From Promethearchaeota archaeon (lineage in GTDB: Archaea > Asgardarchaeota > Lokiarchaeia > Sigyniarchaeales > SOKP01): DNA of 64,000 nucleotides. The position numbers and the translations under genes were made by a program. Of this stretch, positions 8,897 through 19,569 are shown one piece after another (within the stretch, counting starts at the first letter, position 1; each line of letters opens with the position of its first letter). The stretch is taken from positions 128,001-192,000 of the forward strand of contig JAHPZE010000002.1 of NCBI GenBank assembly GCA_019058365.1, written 5' to 3'. Under the pieces are notes generated by a model. That model saw only the letters and a program-made list of their open reading frames with translations. It was not told the DNA's origin and did not search any database.

Positions 8897-9343
8897 ATGA
8901 ATGATAAAAAAATGTCTATAGAAGACCTTAAGAAAGAAATTCGTAACTTTTTAGATAAAAGAAAAGTATTAGTTCTCTGTACTTGTAGCAATAATATTCC
9001 TCGTGCAACTCCAATGGATTTCTACATAGAGAAAGACAGTTTTAATATTTATGTAGGACCCGCTCCTGGAAGGAAAGTTAAGAATATGGAAGAAAATCCA
9101 ATTATTAGTATTGGTATATATACTCCTATGTCTGAAGGAAAAATACAAGGTATGCAAATTACAGCTACAGGTAAAGAAAGGTTGATATTTCTAAAAGAAG
9201 GAGATGAAGAATTCAAAAAAGCTCAAAAAATTGTACGAGGAAAAAGAAAACTAATTCTAAAAATAATACCTGAAAAAATTGAACTACTTGATTATGATTT
9301 TATCAAAAAAGGATATGGACGCCTTCAAACATTAGAAATATAA
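8897..9343 (+). CDS. Pyridoxamine 5'-phosphate oxidase-like (split-barrel flavin-binding) protein
   Basis: LCT...PRATP, RKVKNMEENP.ISIGI pattern. Confidence 0.75.
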   Translation: MNDKKMSIEDLKKEIRNFLDKRKVLVLCTCSNNIPRATPMDFYIEKDSFNIYVGPAPGRKVKNMEENPIISIGIYTPMSEGKIQGMQITATGKERLIFLKEGDEEFKKAQKIVRGKRKLILKIIPEKIELLDYDFIKKGYGRLQTLEI

Positions 9344-9363
9344 AAAAAAAATAATTTTAAATT

Positions 9364-9663
9364 TTATTCTTGCATTAATTTTATGGCTTCAGATCCTTCC
9401 ATTAAAGTGATTATTTTATAAAAATATCCCTCAAATTTAGTAAAAGCACTGAGACGTTTGGCTATTCCTTTCATCCCTGCATATAGTTTATCTTCAGGAA
9501 TTTCATATATATTATAAGTTTTAATATAATAATCTGATATTATCCATTGGTGTGTTCTCTTTACGAAATCAGGGTATTTTGGTGCTTTTCCTGAAAGATA
9601 AAACTTTAACATATCCTCTACAATATGAGGTGGATATTTAACTTTACTCATGACATAAACCAT
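9364..9663 (-). CDS. Small hypothetical protein
   Basis: Open frame; start moved to the ATG at 9663, which follows a GGTGA site. Confidence 0.6.
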   Translation of the reverse strand: MVYVMSKVKYPPHIVEDMLKFYLSGKAPKYPDFVKRTHQWIISDYYIKTYNIYEIPEDKLYAGMKGIAKRLSAFTKFEGYFYKIITLMEGSEAIKLMQE

Positions 9664-9868
9664 TTGGTGATTCACCTTTCTAACAATTTTGATTAATTAA
9701 TCTTGGATTTGTAAAATCAAATATATTGAATTATTATTAAAATTTTTATATTTTTAGAAAAATTCAAAAATAGGAAATAATAATCTTCTAAAAGTAAATG
9801 TTTTAGGAGAAAATAAATTCTTTCATTTAATACAAATAAAAATTCTTGAAAATTTCCAACTGATAAAT

Positions 9869-12835
9869 ATGATTTCTGAGGAAGAACAAGAGGATCTTAA
9901 GACAACACAATCTGATAAAGACTTAAAAAGAGTTTTTAAAATAATTTCCTCGAGAAATCCTGATGCTTATTTTCCTACTAAGGAGCTAAGAAAATTAGGA
10001 TATATGAGAAAAAAGTGTGAATGTTGTGGCACACATTTTTGGACTACAATTAAAGATAGAGAAGTATGTGGAGATCCTGTATGTTCTGGAGGTTTTCAAG
10101 TAGTCATAGATAATCCTTCCAAAGTTAAATTATCTTTTATTGGAGTTTGGGAAAAAATTGTTGAGATCTTAGAACCAAGAGGATATGTCCCAATTAAAAG
10201 ATATCCTTGTGTAGCTCGATGGAATCCGACTTCTGAATTTACAATCGCATCAATATCAGCGTTTCAACCGTATGTTATTACAGGAGAAGTAGAGCCCCCT
10301 GCCAAGAAGCTGTTAATCCCTCAATTTTGTTTAAGATTCAATGATATTGAAAATGTTGGAATAACGGGCTCTCATAACACTGGTTTTGTTATGATAGGGC
10401 AGCATACTTTTGTGCCACCTGAAGAATGGAATCAGGGGGAACTTTTTATGGATATACATGATTTTATTCATGAAGGTGTTGGTCTGCCAAAGGAAGAAAT
10501 AATAATTCATGAAGATTCATGGGCAGGTGGGGGCTCATTTGGGTGTAGCCTTGAGTTCTTCAGTAGAGGAGTAGAGCTATTTAATCAAGTTTATACTATG
10601 TTTGAACAAACTCCTCAGGGACCACGTGAACTTAAACTTAAAGTTCTTGATATGGGACTTGGTCAAGACCGTGTAGCATGGTTCTCTCAAGGTACTCCTA
10701 ACATGTATGAAGCCATTTTTCCATTTGTTTTATCAAAATTAAGAGAAATCACTAAAATTGAGTTAGATTTAGTATTATATAATCAGTTTTCACGATTTTC
10801 AGCTTATCTAAATGTGGATGAAGTAGATAATATTGATGATGCTTGGAATAGTGTTGCAAAAGAATTGAATATTGGTGTAAAGGAACTCAGAAATAAAATA
10901 ATGCCTATGACTGCTCTTTACTCAATAGCTGAACATGCTCGTAGCTTGCTTTTTGCTATAAATGATGGAAAGCTTCCTTCAAATGTTGGTGGAGGATATA
11001 ATTTAAGGGTAATATTTAGACGAGCTATTAGTTTTATAGATAAATTCAATTGGGATATTGATATAGCAGATGTGTGTATATGGCATGCTGATGAATTAAA
11101 AAGTATTTTTCCTGAAGTTTCAGAACATTTGGATGAAATTCGAGAAATATTAGATGTCGAAAGGGAGAAATTTTATGCAACTAAGCAAAAAGCTGGAAAA
11201 ATTTTAGAAAAATTGCTGAAAAAAGGAGAGATATCCACTGACACTCTAATAGAATTATATGATTCTAATGGTATAAGTCCAGACATGGTAAAAACGGCAG
11301 CTAAAAAATATGGTATAAAAGTACACATTCCAGATGATTTTTATAATTTAGTGGTAGAAAGACATGAAATAACTGAGCAGGTCCATGCAACCGGAAAACA
11401 AATTGAATTAAATTTAGAAGGAATTCCTGAAACAAAATCTCTTTATTATTATGACTATACCGAGACTTATAATGAAGCGAAAGTGTTAAAAATCATTGAT
11501 AAAATGGTTGTTTTGGATAAAACAATTGCATACCCTACTTCTGGAGGACAACTTCATGATATAGGTACAATAAATGGGCAAAAATTCTCTGATGCTTTTA
11601 AACAAGGGAACTATACGATTCATGTTTTAGATGAAAAACCTACTTTTAAGGAGGGAGATATCGTTAAAGTTGAAGTTGATAAGAATTGGCGTACTCAACT
11701 CTCCCAACATCACACTGCTACTCACATTCTAAATGCTGCGGCAAGAGACATTTTAGGAAGCCATGTAAATCAAGCTGGTGCTAAAAAAGCATTTAAAAGC
11801 TCTCATTTGGATATAACCCACTATGAACAAATTCCAAGAGAAAAACTTCTTGTAATTGAAAATAAAGCAAATCAGATAGTTGAAGAAGGAATAGATCTTA
11901 ATCTCAGTTTCATCCCTCGTGCTGAAGCAGAACAAAAATATGGAATGACGATTTATCAAGGAGGTGCAGTACCGGGAAAATATTTAAGAATTGTTGAGAT
12001 ACCTGGGGTTGATGTTGAAGCTTGTGGGGGCACACATCTAAATAATACTTCAGAAACAGGTTATATCCATATTATTAAATCACAAAAGATACAGGATGGA
12101 ATAGTCAGGCTTACTTTTGTAGCTGGAGAGGCTACAAATAAATTAAAAGAAAAACATAAAAGAATTCTTAATGAATTAAAAGATATGTTAAATGTTGATC
12201 GCAAGCAACTTGTTGGACGTGTAAAAGAAATAATTGAAAAGTGGAAAAATGTAAATAAAGCATTAAAAACTGGTAATGTAGATGAGAGGGATTTACAATT
12301 AATCTCCTCTGAAACGTTTGAAGGTGATGTATTATCAGAAATTTCTCAAGTTTTAAGCATTAAAAAAGATGATATATCAAATAAAATTCAAAAATTATAC
12401 AATGAATGGAAAGAAGGAAAACAAAAGTTAATTGCAATCAAGGACCTGTTTAGCGATGAGGCAATTGAAAAACGGATAGAAAATGCTCATTTGTATCACA
12501 ATGCTAAGTTAATTTTTGAATCTACAGAAGATTTAACTCAAAATGATATAAAAAATTTAAGTCAAAACATTTTAAAGAAAGATCCTAATACAATTACATT
12601 TATATCAAATCAAAGTGAAAAAGGTATAATGCTTATGGGTATGTCAGGGAGTAAATCATCAATGGAATCAGATATTAATGTCGGTAATATTGTATCAGCA
12701 ATAAAAAAGCACTACAATGGAAAAGGTGGAGGAAAAAACGATTTTGGCCAAGTCTTAATAACAAAAAAAGGAGTTACTTCAGCAGAAGTTTTACAATATA
12801 TAAAAGATAATTATATCAAAGGTAAAGATAAATAA
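9869..12835 (+). CDS. alaS: Alanyl-tRNA synthetase (archaeal type)
   Basis: FTIASISAFQP, CLRFND, LDMGLG, editing-domain HTATH and CGGTH, C-terminal DHHA1 GGG. Confidence 0.97.
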   Translation: MISEEEQEDLKTTQSDKDLKRVFKIISSRNPDAYFPTKELRKLGYMRKKCECCGTHFWTTIKDREVCGDPVCSGGFQVVIDNPSKVKLSFIGVWEKIVEILEPRGYVPIKRYPCVARWNPTSEFTIASISAFQPYVITGEVEPPAKKLLIPQFCLRFNDIENVGITGSHNTGFVMIGQHTFVPPEEWNQGELFMDIHDFIHEGVGLPKEEIIIHEDSWAGGGSFGCSLEFFSRGVELFNQVYTMFEQTPQGPRELKLKVLDMGLGQDRVAWFSQGTPNMYEAIFPFVLSKLREITKIELDLVLYNQFSRFSAYLNVDEVDNIDDAWNSVAKELNIGVKELRNKIMPMTALYSIAEHARSLLFAINDGKLPSNVGGGYNLRVIFRRAISFIDKFNWDIDIADVCIWHADELKSIFPEVSEHLDEIREILDVEREKFYATKQKAGKILEKLLKKGEISTDTLIELYDSNGISPDMVKTAAKKYGIKVHIPDDFYNLVVERHEITEQVHATGKQIELNLEGIPETKSLYYYDYTETYNEAKVLKIIDKMVVLDKTIAYPTSGGQLHDIGTINGQKFSDAFKQGNYTIHVLDEKPTFKEGDIVKVEVDKNWRTQLSQHHTATHILNAAARDILGSHVNQAGAKKAFKSSHLDITHYEQIPREKLLVIENKANQIVEEGIDLNLSFIPRAEAEQKYGMTIYQGGAVPGKYLRIVEIPGVDVEACGGTHLNNTSETGYIHIIKSQKIQDGIVRLTFVAGEATNKLKEKHKRILNELKDMLNVDRKQLVGRVKEIIEKWKNVNKALKTGNVDERDLQLISSETFEGDVLSEISQVLSIKKDDISNKIQKLYNEWKEGKQKLIAIKDLFSDEAIEKRIENAHLYHNAKLIFESTEDLTQNDIKNLSQNILKKDPNTITFISNQSEKGIMLMGMSGSKSSMESDINVGNIVSAIKKHYNGKGGGKNDFGQVLITKKGVTSAEVLQYIKDNYIKGKDK

Positions 12836-12997
12836 ATAACAGACCTTTTGATTTAAGATTTAAAAACAATAAGCTCTACTTTTTAGTTTTATACTAAAGA
12901 TATAAATAATTAATGAATAAAATACTACTATTATAATATTAGAAGTTTAATCTTAATTTCAAAATAAGATCTATAACTCTACAGATTTGAGAGAAAT

Positions 12998-15964
12998 ATG
13001 ATGAATGAATTAGAAATTGATAAAGAGCTTGAAAATTTCAAAGATCAGTTAAATTTACTGGCAATGATATTTGATACTCGCAGAAAAATGCGTAGAGAGA
13101 TATATAATGAAAAAACCGGTTTCATTTTTAACGCCAAGTATCAATTTACAACTAAAGATGATGCATTTAATGTTCACGTGATTTTTAAAGATGGAAAGAT
13201 GACTGTGGCAGATGGAAAAATTGATGATCCTAATATCACTATTTATTATAAGGATAAAGAGACTTTGGCAAATCTCTATAGCAAGAGTGCTGAAGAATCA
13301 CTTGATTATCTTTTAACAAACGAGATGGGATATATTGGAAACATGTCTTACCTTACCAAGTTTTCTTATCTCACATCGCTCGTTATGGGAGCTAAGATCA
13401 AGGATTATAAAGGTCCTGAAAACCGAATATTATATCCAATTGAGAATATTGATAATGGAGAAAAGAGTAGAAGGCTTAAGAATGAAGGTTTGAATCGAAA
13501 GGTTGATAAAGTTGAGGTATTAGAAGATCCTTATCTAGCAAAATATTCTTTGGAGGATTTTCCACGTTTAAAATATTTAAAAAACCGTCGTTTTGCCTTA
13601 AAACCGGCAATATGCGTTGAAAGGGCTAGATTAGTAACACAATATCATAGGGAAAATGGGTTCGAGGAAGATAGTTCTGGAAATCCACTAGATCCAGAAT
13701 TACGACAAGCAGGAGCAGTAAATTACATAATGTCTAATAAAAGACCTATAATTCATGATAGACATCTAATTGCTGGGTCTACTACATCAAAAGAAGTTGG
13801 GATCCCTATGTATCCTGAACTTATTGCGACAGCTATTTGGCCTGAACTAAAAACAATTGGTGAACGGGAGCTAAATCCTAATGATATTTCCGACAAAGAT
13901 GCAGATATTTTAAGTTTAGAAGTTTTTCCTTATTGGATGGAACGGAATGTGCGAGAATACTGTCGTACAAAATTCAATAATCCCAAATCTCAAGCATTAG
14001 AAGAAGGATGGGTATTTTATTTTATGATGAAAACCAATGCTATCAGCCATACAATCCCGGGTTTTCCAATGGTTATAAACAAAGGATTAGAAAGTGTAAA
14101 ACATAAAGCTGAAAAATTAGAAAAAGAAGCTGATTCAAAAGAGAAAAAAAATTTCTATAAGGCAATTCAAATAGCAATAGATGGTGTTTTAACATATTCT
14201 AAAAATCTGAGTGAAGAAGCAATAAGAATTGCTGAATCTTTGGATCCAAATGAACCAGAACAAGCAAAAAGAATTGATGAATTAAAGGAGATTTCCAGAA
14301 TTTGTGCGAAAGTACCAGGAAAACCAGCAGAAACGCTTCAAGAAGCAATTCAATCTATTTGGACGAGTTTTGTTTGCTTACATTGTGAAAATGCTAATTC
14401 TGCATTATCAATTGGTAGATTAGATCAAATACTCCAGCCATTCTTTTTAAAAGAGATTGTGAAGGCTAAAAATGACGATGAAAAAGAACAAATAATAAGA
14501 AAGGCAATTGAGTTAGTCGGATCCTTGTTTGTTAGAATTAATGATCATGATCCACTAATGCCAAATGTGGGGTGGAAACTTTTCGGAGGCAGTTCTTCAG
14601 ATGATACAGTGACAGTCGGAGGTGTTGATAGAGAAGGAAATAACGCTGTGAATGATATGAGCTATATTATTTTAAAGACAAATGAGATGCTTGGTTTCCA
14701 AGATCCTAATATGAATGCTCGATATTATTCTGGAATTAATTCAAAGGAATATTTACGTCGTTTGACTGAAGTAAATGTGAACATGGGGGCATCTCCAAGC
14801 ATTCATAATGATAGAACTATGATTGAAGCCTTAGTTCACGAAGGTTTTGTTATAGAAGATGCTAGAGACTGGGGTGCAACTGGATGTGTTGAGCCTACAA
14901 TTGTAGGAAAACATTATGGTCATACAAATTGCATGCTTTTGAATCTGGTGGCTCCCTTAGAAATGGCATTAAATAACGGAATTATTCCATTGACCGGAGA
15001 AAAAATGGGGATTGAAACTGGTTATGTTCGGACTAATTTTATAACATTTGAAGATTTTTTAGATGCCTATAAAATTCAACTTAAATATTTAGCAGAACAA
15101 TCAATTGAAATTAATAATTTTCTCGGGGAATCACATAGAGATATACATCCAACACCTCTTTTATCGTGTTTTTACGATGGTCCTTTAGAAAAAGGTAAGG
15201 ATCTCATTAATGGCGGTGCTGTTTATAATACATCGGGAGTTGCTCTTGTGGCACTTACGGATGTGATTGATAGTTTATTGGTTATTAAGGATTTAATCTA
15301 CAATAAAAGTGAATTTAATTTTGCTACACTAATGGATGCTATTGATAATAACTTTGAAGGTTACGAATCCATCTTGCATAAAATAGAACAAGTTCCCAAG
15401 TTTGGTTCAGGTGAAGATGGTACCATTGAAATGGCTCAAGATATAATTAATTTTTGTTATGATATCTACAATTCTGCTAGAAATTATAGGGGTGGTAAAT
15501 ATCTAGTGGGTTACTGGTCGATAAGTTATCATACTGGATTTGGAATGCTCACTGGAGCTTTACCCTCAGGTCGAAAGAAAGGAAAGGCATTGACTCCCGG
15601 ATTAACTCCCGCATCTGGTACCACTGATATCTTACTTCCAAGCATTCAAAGTGTTGCAGCTTTAGACTACTTAAAAATGGCAAATAATGCTTCTTATAAT
15701 GTGAAACTTGTTCCCCATCCGGGTGATAACCATAAAGAAACACTAGATCTTTTCACGAGCTATGTCCAGAGCTTTTTTGATCTAAATGGAATGCAATGGC
15801 AATTTAATGTTATATCTTCGGATACAATGAGAGATGCGATGGCTAATCCGATTGATTATAGATGGCTCCTAGTTAGAGTCTCAGGATATAATGCCTACTT
15901 CACAAAACTAAATAAAAATATGCAATTAGAATTAATTGAAAGGCATGAATATCATACAAGATAG
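12998..15964 (+). CDS. Glycyl radical enzyme (eliminase-type GCVE) with an N-terminal SCP2-like lipid-binding domain
   Basis: Gly loop LVRVSGYNAYF, Cys loop ATGCVEP, SIGRLDQ; extra N-terminal ~130 aa (YQFTT...VIFKDGKMTVADGKIDDPNITI...LLTNEMGYIGNMSYLTKF) has the SCP2 pattern. Confidence 0.9.
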   Translation: MMNELEIDKELENFKDQLNLLAMIFDTRRKMRREIYNEKTGFIFNAKYQFTTKDDAFNVHVIFKDGKMTVADGKIDDPNITIYYKDKETLANLYSKSAEESLDYLLTNEMGYIGNMSYLTKFSYLTSLVMGAKIKDYKGPENRILYPIENIDNGEKSRRLKNEGLNRKVDKVEVLEDPYLAKYSLEDFPRLKYLKNRRFALKPAICVERARLVTQYHRENGFEEDSSGNPLDPELRQAGAVNYIMSNKRPIIHDRHLIAGSTTSKEVGIPMYPELIATAIWPELKTIGERELNPNDISDKDADILSLEVFPYWMERNVREYCRTKFNNPKSQALEEGWVFYFMMKTNAISHTIPGFPMVINKGLESVKHKAEKLEKEADSKEKKNFYKAIQIAIDGVLTYSKNLSEEAIRIAESLDPNEPEQAKRIDELKEISRICAKVPGKPAETLQEAIQSIWTSFVCLHCENANSALSIGRLDQILQPFFLKEIVKAKNDDEKEQIIRKAIELVGSLFVRINDHDPLMPNVGWKLFGGSSSDDTVTVGGVDREGNNAVNDMSYIILKTNEMLGFQDPNMNARYYSGINSKEYLRRLTEVNVNMGASPSIHNDRTMIEALVHEGFVIEDARDWGATGCVEPTIVGKHYGHTNCMLLNLVAPLEMALNNGIIPLTGEKMGIETGYVRTNFITFEDFLDAYKIQLKYLAEQSIEINNFLGESHRDIHPTPLLSCFYDGPLEKGKDLINGGAVYNTSGVALVALTDVIDSLLVIKDLIYNKSEFNFATLMDAIDNNFEGYESILHKIEQVPKFGSGEDGTIEMAQDIINFCYDIYNSARNYRGGKYLVGYWSISYHTGFGMLTGALPSGRKKGKALTPGLTPASGTTDILLPSIQSVAALDYLKMANNASYNVKLVPHPGDNHKETLDLFTSYVQSFFDLNGMQWQFNVISSDTMRDAMANPIDYRWLLVRVSGYNAYFTKLNKNMQLELIERHEYHTR

Positions 15965-16009
15965 CAAAGATACTTTATTTTTATTTTTTAATTTTTATTT
16001 TTTGAAATA

Positions 16010-16909
16010 ATGACAGAAAAAACACTTATAGTAGACATTAAAAGAAATGCCCTAGATGATGGTCCAGGAATAAGAACTCTTATCTTTTTTAAAGGTTGTC
16101 CGCTTTCTTGCGTTTGGTGTCAAAATCCAGAAGCAAAATCTCCTTTTTTAGAGCTCTATTTTGATGATGAATTGTGTGTTGAATGTCGTAAATGTTTAGA
16201 AGCATGTGCTCAAAATGCGATTAAATTTGATTATAAGTATCGTATTGACCGAAGCATATGTAACCTATGTGGATGTTGTATAGATCTATGTCCTAATAAT
16301 GCTTTAAAATTTGTAGGAAAAATTTATACAATTAAAGAATTAATGAATATTATTTTAAAAGATAAAATATTTTATGATAATTCTGGTGGAGGAGTCACCC
16401 TTTCTGGAGGAGAACCTCTGTCTCATATTGATTTTGTTCATAATTTACTCAAAGAACTTAAAAAAGAAGAGATCCATATATGTATTGAGACATGTGGGTT
16501 TTATAATAAAAATAAATTTAATGAGCTGATAGAACCTTATGTTGATTTAATTTATTTTGATTTAAAAATTTCAGATCCTAATCTCCACGCTCAATATTGC
16601 AAAGTTTCTAATGAGCGAATTTTGGAAAATTTTGAAATTTTAATTAATAAACAATATATAGAAGTTCTACCAAGAATCCCCCTTATTCCTGATATAACAG
16701 ATACATCAGAAAATTTAAATAAGTTAGCCCGTTATTTAAAAACTCTGCATATAAAGAGAATAGGGTTTGTACCATATAATCCATTATGGATATCCAAACC
16801 TGAAAAAATTGGTATCATGCCTTTATACTATCATTCTGAATGGATTTCTAATAAGAAAAAAGAGCAAATTAAATCATTTTTTTCAGATTTTGATTATAAT
16901 GATTTTTAA
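16010..16909 (+). CDS. Glycyl-radical activating enzyme (radical SAM with 2x[4Fe-4S] insert)
   Basis: DGPGIRT..FFKGCPLSCVWCQNPE, two CxxCxxCxxxC motifs, GGVTLSGGEP. Confidence 0.95.
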   Translation: MTEKTLIVDIKRNALDDGPGIRTLIFFKGCPLSCVWCQNPEAKSPFLELYFDDELCVECRKCLEACAQNAIKFDYKYRIDRSICNLCGCCIDLCPNNALKFVGKIYTIKELMNIILKDKIFYDNSGGGVTLSGGEPLSHIDFVHNLLKELKKEEIHICIETCGFYNKNKFNELIEPYVDLIYFDLKISDPNLHAQYCKVSNERILENFEILINKQYIEVLPRIPLIPDITDTSENLNKLARYLKTLHIKRIGFVPYNPLWISKPEKIGIMPLYYHSEWISNKKKEQIKSFFSDFDYNDF

Positions 16910-17018
16910 ATCTTAAAAATAAATGAAGTAGTTTCATTATCAAGTATTATAAACTATTTAATATGATTAAATCTAATAGAATTATTAGCAGATTTTTAAT
17001 TATAAGGATGAATTAACT

Positions 17019-18821
17019 ATGGGAAAAATATTAAGAATTGATTTAGAATCTAAAAACTTCTTTACAGAAATTATTGAACCTGAATTAGAAGAAAAATATA
17101 TTGGAGGGTCTGGAGTAGCCGCAGCAATCTTTATCAAAGAAGTTCCCCCCGATATTGACCCTTTTGATGCTCAAAATCTCCTTATCTTCTCTTTAGGACC
17201 AATTTGTGGAACTCCAATACCATATTGTGGTAGACATTTTATTATGGCAAAATCCCCGTTAACTAGGATTTTAGGTGAATCTTCTGCTGGCGGCTATTTT
17301 GGAAATGAACTAAAGAAAGCAGGTTATGATCATATTATCATTAAGGGAATAAGTGAGACTCCTGTCTATTTATGGATTCATAATGATAATGTTGAAATTC
17401 GAGACGCTACAAAATTATGGGGAAAAGGAACTCGAGAAACAGAAGATTTATTGAAGAAAGACATTGGTGACGAAAAAGTAATAGTGACTTCAATAGGACC
17501 AGCAGGAGAAAACCTTGTTAAATTCGCTTCAATAATGAGTGAAAAAGGTCATGCTGCGGGACGTTGTGGCATGGGTGCAGTAATGGGCAGCAAGAATTTA
17601 AAGGCAATAGTTGTACGTGGTACTAAAGATGTACCAATCAATAATAAAGATAAATTAATGGAGGTGGCACAAAAAATAAGAACAATAGCAAAAACAACAC
17701 CTTTTTCTGTAGTTATGCATGATGTAGGTACTCTTGCACATATGGATAATTACGTTAGTGCGGGAGATGTACCGATTAAGAATTTCACACTAAGTCGATG
17801 GAAAGGAACAAAAAAAATTGGATTTTATTCACTAAAAGACAACTATGAAATACAACATTATTCTTGTTTCAATTGTTGGACTGCTTGTAGAGGAAAAATT
17901 AAGTATAATAATGAATGGGTGGTATGGCCTGAATATGAATTCTTGGGAATGTTAGGTTCTAATCTATATGTGGATGATTTAGAAGCTTTAATTAGATGGA
18001 ACATTATGGTTAATGATTTAGGGATGGATTGTATTTCTCTTGGTGGAGTTCTTGGAGTTTTTCTAGAAGCGGTAGAGCGAAAATTAATTGAAATTGACTA
18101 TAATGGTCTAGGGTTTGAAAAAGATCCAGAAAAGAATCACTATACTATTTGGGGTGCCACTTCAGCAATTGAAAATTTAATCGAGTTAATTGCATTTCGA
18201 AAAGAAATTGGGAACGATTTGGCTGATGGTGTTCGGATATTTTGTCAAAATAATAATTTACCAGATGATCTTAATATACAAGGAAAAGGTCTTGAAGTAC
18301 CTGCTCATGAACCTCGTTCGAACAATATAACAGCATTAGATCTCGCCACATCTTCTCGTGGGGCATACCATGGTTATGAACCCTTTCACTTATCATTTTC
18401 TACACATTTTAAAAAGGAATTAGGACTTACTGAAAGAATTGATGCATTTTCTGGAGGTGAGGAAGTTATAACTGCAGTCAAAAAAATACAAGATGCTTGC
18501 GAATCATATACAGCAACAGGAGGATGTATGTTTGGTTTTTTTTATTCTAGTGAGATTAGTCCTTGGGTAGATGCTGTTAACGCTATTACAGGTAGATCCT
18601 ATACAGTTGAAGATTGGGTAAGAATTGGTGAAAATCTATTTAATTCAAAAAGAAAATATAATATAAAATGTGGGATTGCTAAGAAGGATGATTCAATTGG
18701 AACAAGATTTTCAAATCCTATCCCTAAAGGAGGAACTAAAGGCAATATACCGCCTCTTAAAGAAATGCTGGAGAAATACTATAATCTAAGAAGTTGGGAT
18801 TCAGAAGGAAACCCCTCATAG
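17019..18821 (+). CDS. aor: Aldehyde:ferredoxin oxidoreductase family (W-pterin)
   Basis: AKSPLT...ESSAGG, IGPAGEN, AAGR.GMGAVMGSKNLKA, CFNC..AC, PEYE, GMD.IS, KGLE.PAHEPR. Confidence 0.93.
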   Translation: MGKILRIDLESKNFFTEIIEPELEEKYIGGSGVAAAIFIKEVPPDIDPFDAQNLLIFSLGPICGTPIPYCGRHFIMAKSPLTRILGESSAGGYFGNELKKAGYDHIIIKGISETPVYLWIHNDNVEIRDATKLWGKGTRETEDLLKKDIGDEKVIVTSIGPAGENLVKFASIMSEKGHAAGRCGMGAVMGSKNLKAIVVRGTKDVPINNKDKLMEVAQKIRTIAKTTPFSVVMHDVGTLAHMDNYVSAGDVPIKNFTLSRWKGTKKIGFYSLKDNYEIQHYSCFNCWTACRGKIKYNNEWVVWPEYEFLGMLGSNLYVDDLEALIRWNIMVNDLGMDCISLGGVLGVFLEAVERKLIEIDYNGLGFEKDPEKNHYTIWGATSAIENLIELIAFRKEIGNDLADGVRIFCQNNNLPDDLNIQGKGLEVPAHEPRSNNITALDLATSSRGAYHGYEPFHLSFSTHFKKELGLTERIDAFSGGEEVITAVKKIQDACESYTATGGCMFGFFYSSEISPWVDAVNAITGRSYTVEDWVRIGENLFNSKRKYNIKCGIAKKDDSIGTRFSNPIPKGGTKGNIPPLKEMLEKYYNLRSWDSEGNPS

Positions 18822-19026
18822 AAGAGGAAAATACTAGTATTAACTTTATTTTTAAAAATTTTTTTGCATTCTAAATATTTACTCTGAAAAATTATCATAT
18901 TTAATATTTTGAACTATTTCGATTTTCTATATAGACTATATAGACTCTATATAATATGATAAGAAAGCTTAAAACTCTAAAATTTTTTATTATAATAAAG
19001 AAAAATGGAGAAACTATATATTAAAA

Positions 19027-19197
19027 ATGTTTAATCGATATCTCTTAACCTTACTAAATCAAAAGAATGAATATATCAAATTAAAAAAAGGAGTTTCACA
19101 AACACCTCTCGAAAAATCTATTGATGACATAATTGAAAAAATTACGCAAGATATCGATAAAATAACAAAATTAAATCAAATTGATTGTATATATTAA
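19027..19197 (+). CDS. Possible 56-aa small protein
   Basis: Manual ORF MFNRYLLTLLNQKNEYIKLKKGVSQTPLEKSIDDIIEKITQDIDKITKLNQIDCIY, amphipathic, immediately upstream of the next small ORF. Confidence 0.35.
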   Translation: MFNRYLLTLLNQKNEYIKLKKGVSQTPLEKSIDDIIEKITQDIDKITKLNQIDCIY

Positions 19198-19222
19198 AAT
19201 TACAAATTTAGGAGAAAAAATT

Positions 19223-19405
19223 ATGAAACCTATTTTTAGAGAGTTTTGCTGTCCACAATGTGGAGAATTACGGCATATAAAAGTTAATGGCATTTGTTTT
19301 GATTGTAATAATGAAAACACTCTTAATTCATTCGCAGAACAGCGTAAATTACAGCAAAAGCTCGCTATGAAAAATCATTCTCTCACTGTAGAGAGTTATA
19401 ACTAA
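19223..19405 (+). CDS. Small zinc-ribbon protein
   Basis: ATG at 19223 after GGAG; CPQC...CFDC. Confidence 0.6.
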   Translation: MKPIFREFCCPQCGELRHIKVNGICFDCNNENTLNSFAEQRKLQQKLAMKNHSLTVESYN

Positions 19406-19569
19406 AATTATTTTAGTTTTTATTTAACTTGAATTTTTACAATCGAATCTTTTTTATTTAAGATTTTTATCTCATCAAAAATATTTTAAATTTAGTACTA
19501 ATTAATAAATTTATAAATTATAGAAATTCTCTCTTAGAAATTAATTTCATTATGAAGAGATGCTGAAAA

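Noticed and set aside
12998-15964. Pyruvate formate-lyase or alkylsuccinate synthase call
   Set aside because: Lacks the PFL adjacent Cys-Cys; no small Fe-S subunits typical of Bss/Ass operons; GCVE loop is eliminase-like
18927-18953. Short tandem repeat ctatataga x2-3; also palindrome ATTCATATGAAT at 3497-3508
   Set aside because: Single AT-rich occurrences, compatible with chance
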